This document shows, piece by piece, positions 61,841 through 64,000 of a stretch of DNA of 64,000 nucleotides (its first letter is position 1; every line of letters starts with the position of its first letter). The stretch lies in the NCBI RefSeq assembly GCF_036321535.1, contig NC_087437.1:51772001-51836000 (forward strand), given 5' to 3'. The position numbers and the translations under genes were made by a program. The notes below the pieces were generated by a model that saw only the letters and a list, made by a program, of their open reading frames with translations, did no database searches and had not been told where the DNA came from. Source of the DNA: Camelus dromedarius. Its lineage: Eukaryota.

Positions 61841-63354
61841 GTTTAAAATTCTTCAGTAACTAATAAGGGCTTCCAGGGGCAGGGACAGTTTCTTCTTGTT
61901 TGCAGGAGGACTCAAACAATGTATTCAGTAGCCCCTTGATAAATACCTAATAAACCTCGGAGTGTCTGAGAGCATCCCTGAGCAGGCTGATGGGCTGGAG
62001 ACCCACCAGGGGATGAGGAAAGATTAGTGTCTGTGCCGTGGGCTGGGATTTCAGGGCTGCCCTCCCCAGGCAGGCTGCTAACAAGAGCAGGAAGGCTCTG
62101 GAAAGGACATCAGGTATCTGATAGAGGCTCTTTGGTTTCCAACCTAACATTCTTCTACAGTCAGTCTCTCCCAGCAGCTCTCTGGTCCAGAAGCAATGCT
62201 GAGAATCTAGGTCCTGCAGGGCCAAGAAAACAAGGGGCCTGGTTTGTGTGGCTCCTGGGTTGGTGGCAGGTGCTCCAACCCCACCCCAGCTATGCCTCCC
62301 CCACTGGCAGGTCCTCTTTTCAATCTGCTGCAACCAAGGGCCACCTGGATTTTCTGGACCAGCTCTGAGTCCATATAATTTTATTCTTTTCAAAATAAGT
62401 TTATTAAAGGTTGACTAAATGTGATTCAAGTTTTCTACTTTCGTAAGACTTTAAATACAAACGTTCTTAAATCAGAGAGTGGAAGCCTTTGCCTGTGCCC
62501 ACACAGTGGACTCCTCAACAGCCATCCAAAAGGACAGGCCAACTGCACAGTGACAGGGGAAGATGGTTTGACATCATGACAAGTGGTGGCAAAATCCATC
62601 TACATTCTGGAAATGGCATAATTACAATTATTTAAAATTTTTTTAAATAAAAAAGAGGTGGGAGAGCTGGGAAGGAGCTACAGGAGATTGTTACCAGTGG
62701 TTGTGCTATGGTGGTACAATTACAGATAATTCTTTTTCTTCTATTTGCCAACTCTTCTGCAATGTGTCTATATGACTTTTGCAATAAATAGAAAGAAAGA
62801 CTCCTTTGGGATGATCCATCCCGACAAAGACCATAAGATTTTCATTCATTCTCTGCCTCAGTGCAGGCCACCTTGCCTCACCCCTTCCTGGGAGATGATA
62901 AGAGCAGAGTGGGAAAGCCAGCCAGCCCCCGGCCTGGGGGTGAGGACTCAGGCATTTTTTCCCACTGCCAGTCTAGGAGTGGAAGACTGGAGGGCTGCAT
63001 CTCCTCTGCCCGACCTGCTCCAGGAGCTGGGTCCTTTGGCCTCCATAATCAGGCCCCTGTTGCTCTGCAGGGAGCAGGAAGAGAAATGAGGAGACCTCCT
63101 TCTGGGGCTCCCTGGTGCATCCCCCAGTCTTAGAGCAGGTCAGTCTTGATACCCGTCCCAGCCAGGCACAAGGGCAGGGCAGCCCTGTGGTTTAGTCTGG
63201 TGTGTGCAGGCCTGGCAGGTGTCCAGACATGCAGTTACTAAGAGTAAACAATTTCCCCTTTCCTGTTAGGCTCTCTCCTCTCCCTGGTGTGGCTGGGGAC
63301 TCCACCCAGAAGCTAACCCAGCCTACCCTGCCATTTGGGGCCGATAGGTCAAGC

Positions 63355-63590
63355 AGGCAGTGGGTAGAGTAAACTCTGAGCTTTGGACCTAAACAGACCC
63401 TGGTTCAAATCTTATCCAGCTTTGCCACTAACTAGATGAGCAACCTCGGGAAAATGACATCTGGTCAGAGCCTCATCTGAAAAAGGGCACAATAACCCCC
63501 GTGTGGCAGGGCTGTGATTAGGGTCAAATGAGAGAAATCGGACGGACAGCACCTAGCACAGGCTCAGCAGACAACAACAGTTATTGTTGG
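63355..63590 (+). mobile_element. MIR SINE
   Basis: cagaccctggttcaaatc...cctcatctgaaaaagggcacaataac...agcacctagcacag. Confidence 0.8.
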
Positions 63591-64000
63591 AGCCAGCAAG
63601 CTTCTGTCTCCCTGGCCCATCCTGGGCCAGGCTCTTGGGGCTGGGGGAGGACCCTGGATTTGACTCTAGGGATCAGTCCTTTTAGTGCTTTGCCCTTCTG
63701 GCCCTGCCTTCAAGGCCGGCTTTGGGACAGTCATGTGACTTCAGGCTGCCCACTTAGCCATCCCTCCTCTTCCCTTTCTTTACATCTGCTTGGCTCTGGA
63801 GGAGTGAGGTGATCCCTGGGAAAGAACCTCGCTTCTCCTTGGGGGAGGGGGTGTAATCACTGTCCTCTGGCTGGAGGTTGGATGACGATTGTGAGAGGTC
63901 TGACCTCACCCTGGCCCTCCGGCCCCACTGTACCCCAGGGCAGGATCGGCCAGGAGACAGAGACTCCATCTAGAAGGCTCTGGTGGTGTTCCCCTGAAAA

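Overview
Mammalian, non-genic DNA, most probably camelid (camel/alpaca/llama). The evidence is four copies of a tRNA-derived SINE resembling the camelid Vic-1 family and young L1 3' ends; I saw no Alu, B1/B2, Bov-tA/BovB or PRE-1. I found no credible protein-coding gene, RNA gene, CpG island or prokaryotic system. The only protein-like ORFs are retroelement fragments (L1 ORF2p, L2, CR1/L3); the rest look like chance or low-complexity frames. The window is a mosaic of ancient repeats (MIR, L2, CR1/L3, L1M, MLT1, LTR16, MER5, MER33), a few young insertions with readable target-site duplications (TSDs), simple repeats, and repeat-free blocks rich in homeodomain/SOX/POU motifs that resemble developmental enhancers in a gene desert or very large intron. 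Notable items: a ~1.25 kb CR1/L3 ORF2 fossil with readable protein motifs, apparently split by an 800 bp ACC-type expansion; an L1 copy lacking its 3'UTR; and the enhancer-like blocks. I cannot identify the locus, and I see no well-supported new biological system. Repeat subfamily names come from recalled consensus motifs and need RepeatMasker/Dfam confirmation.
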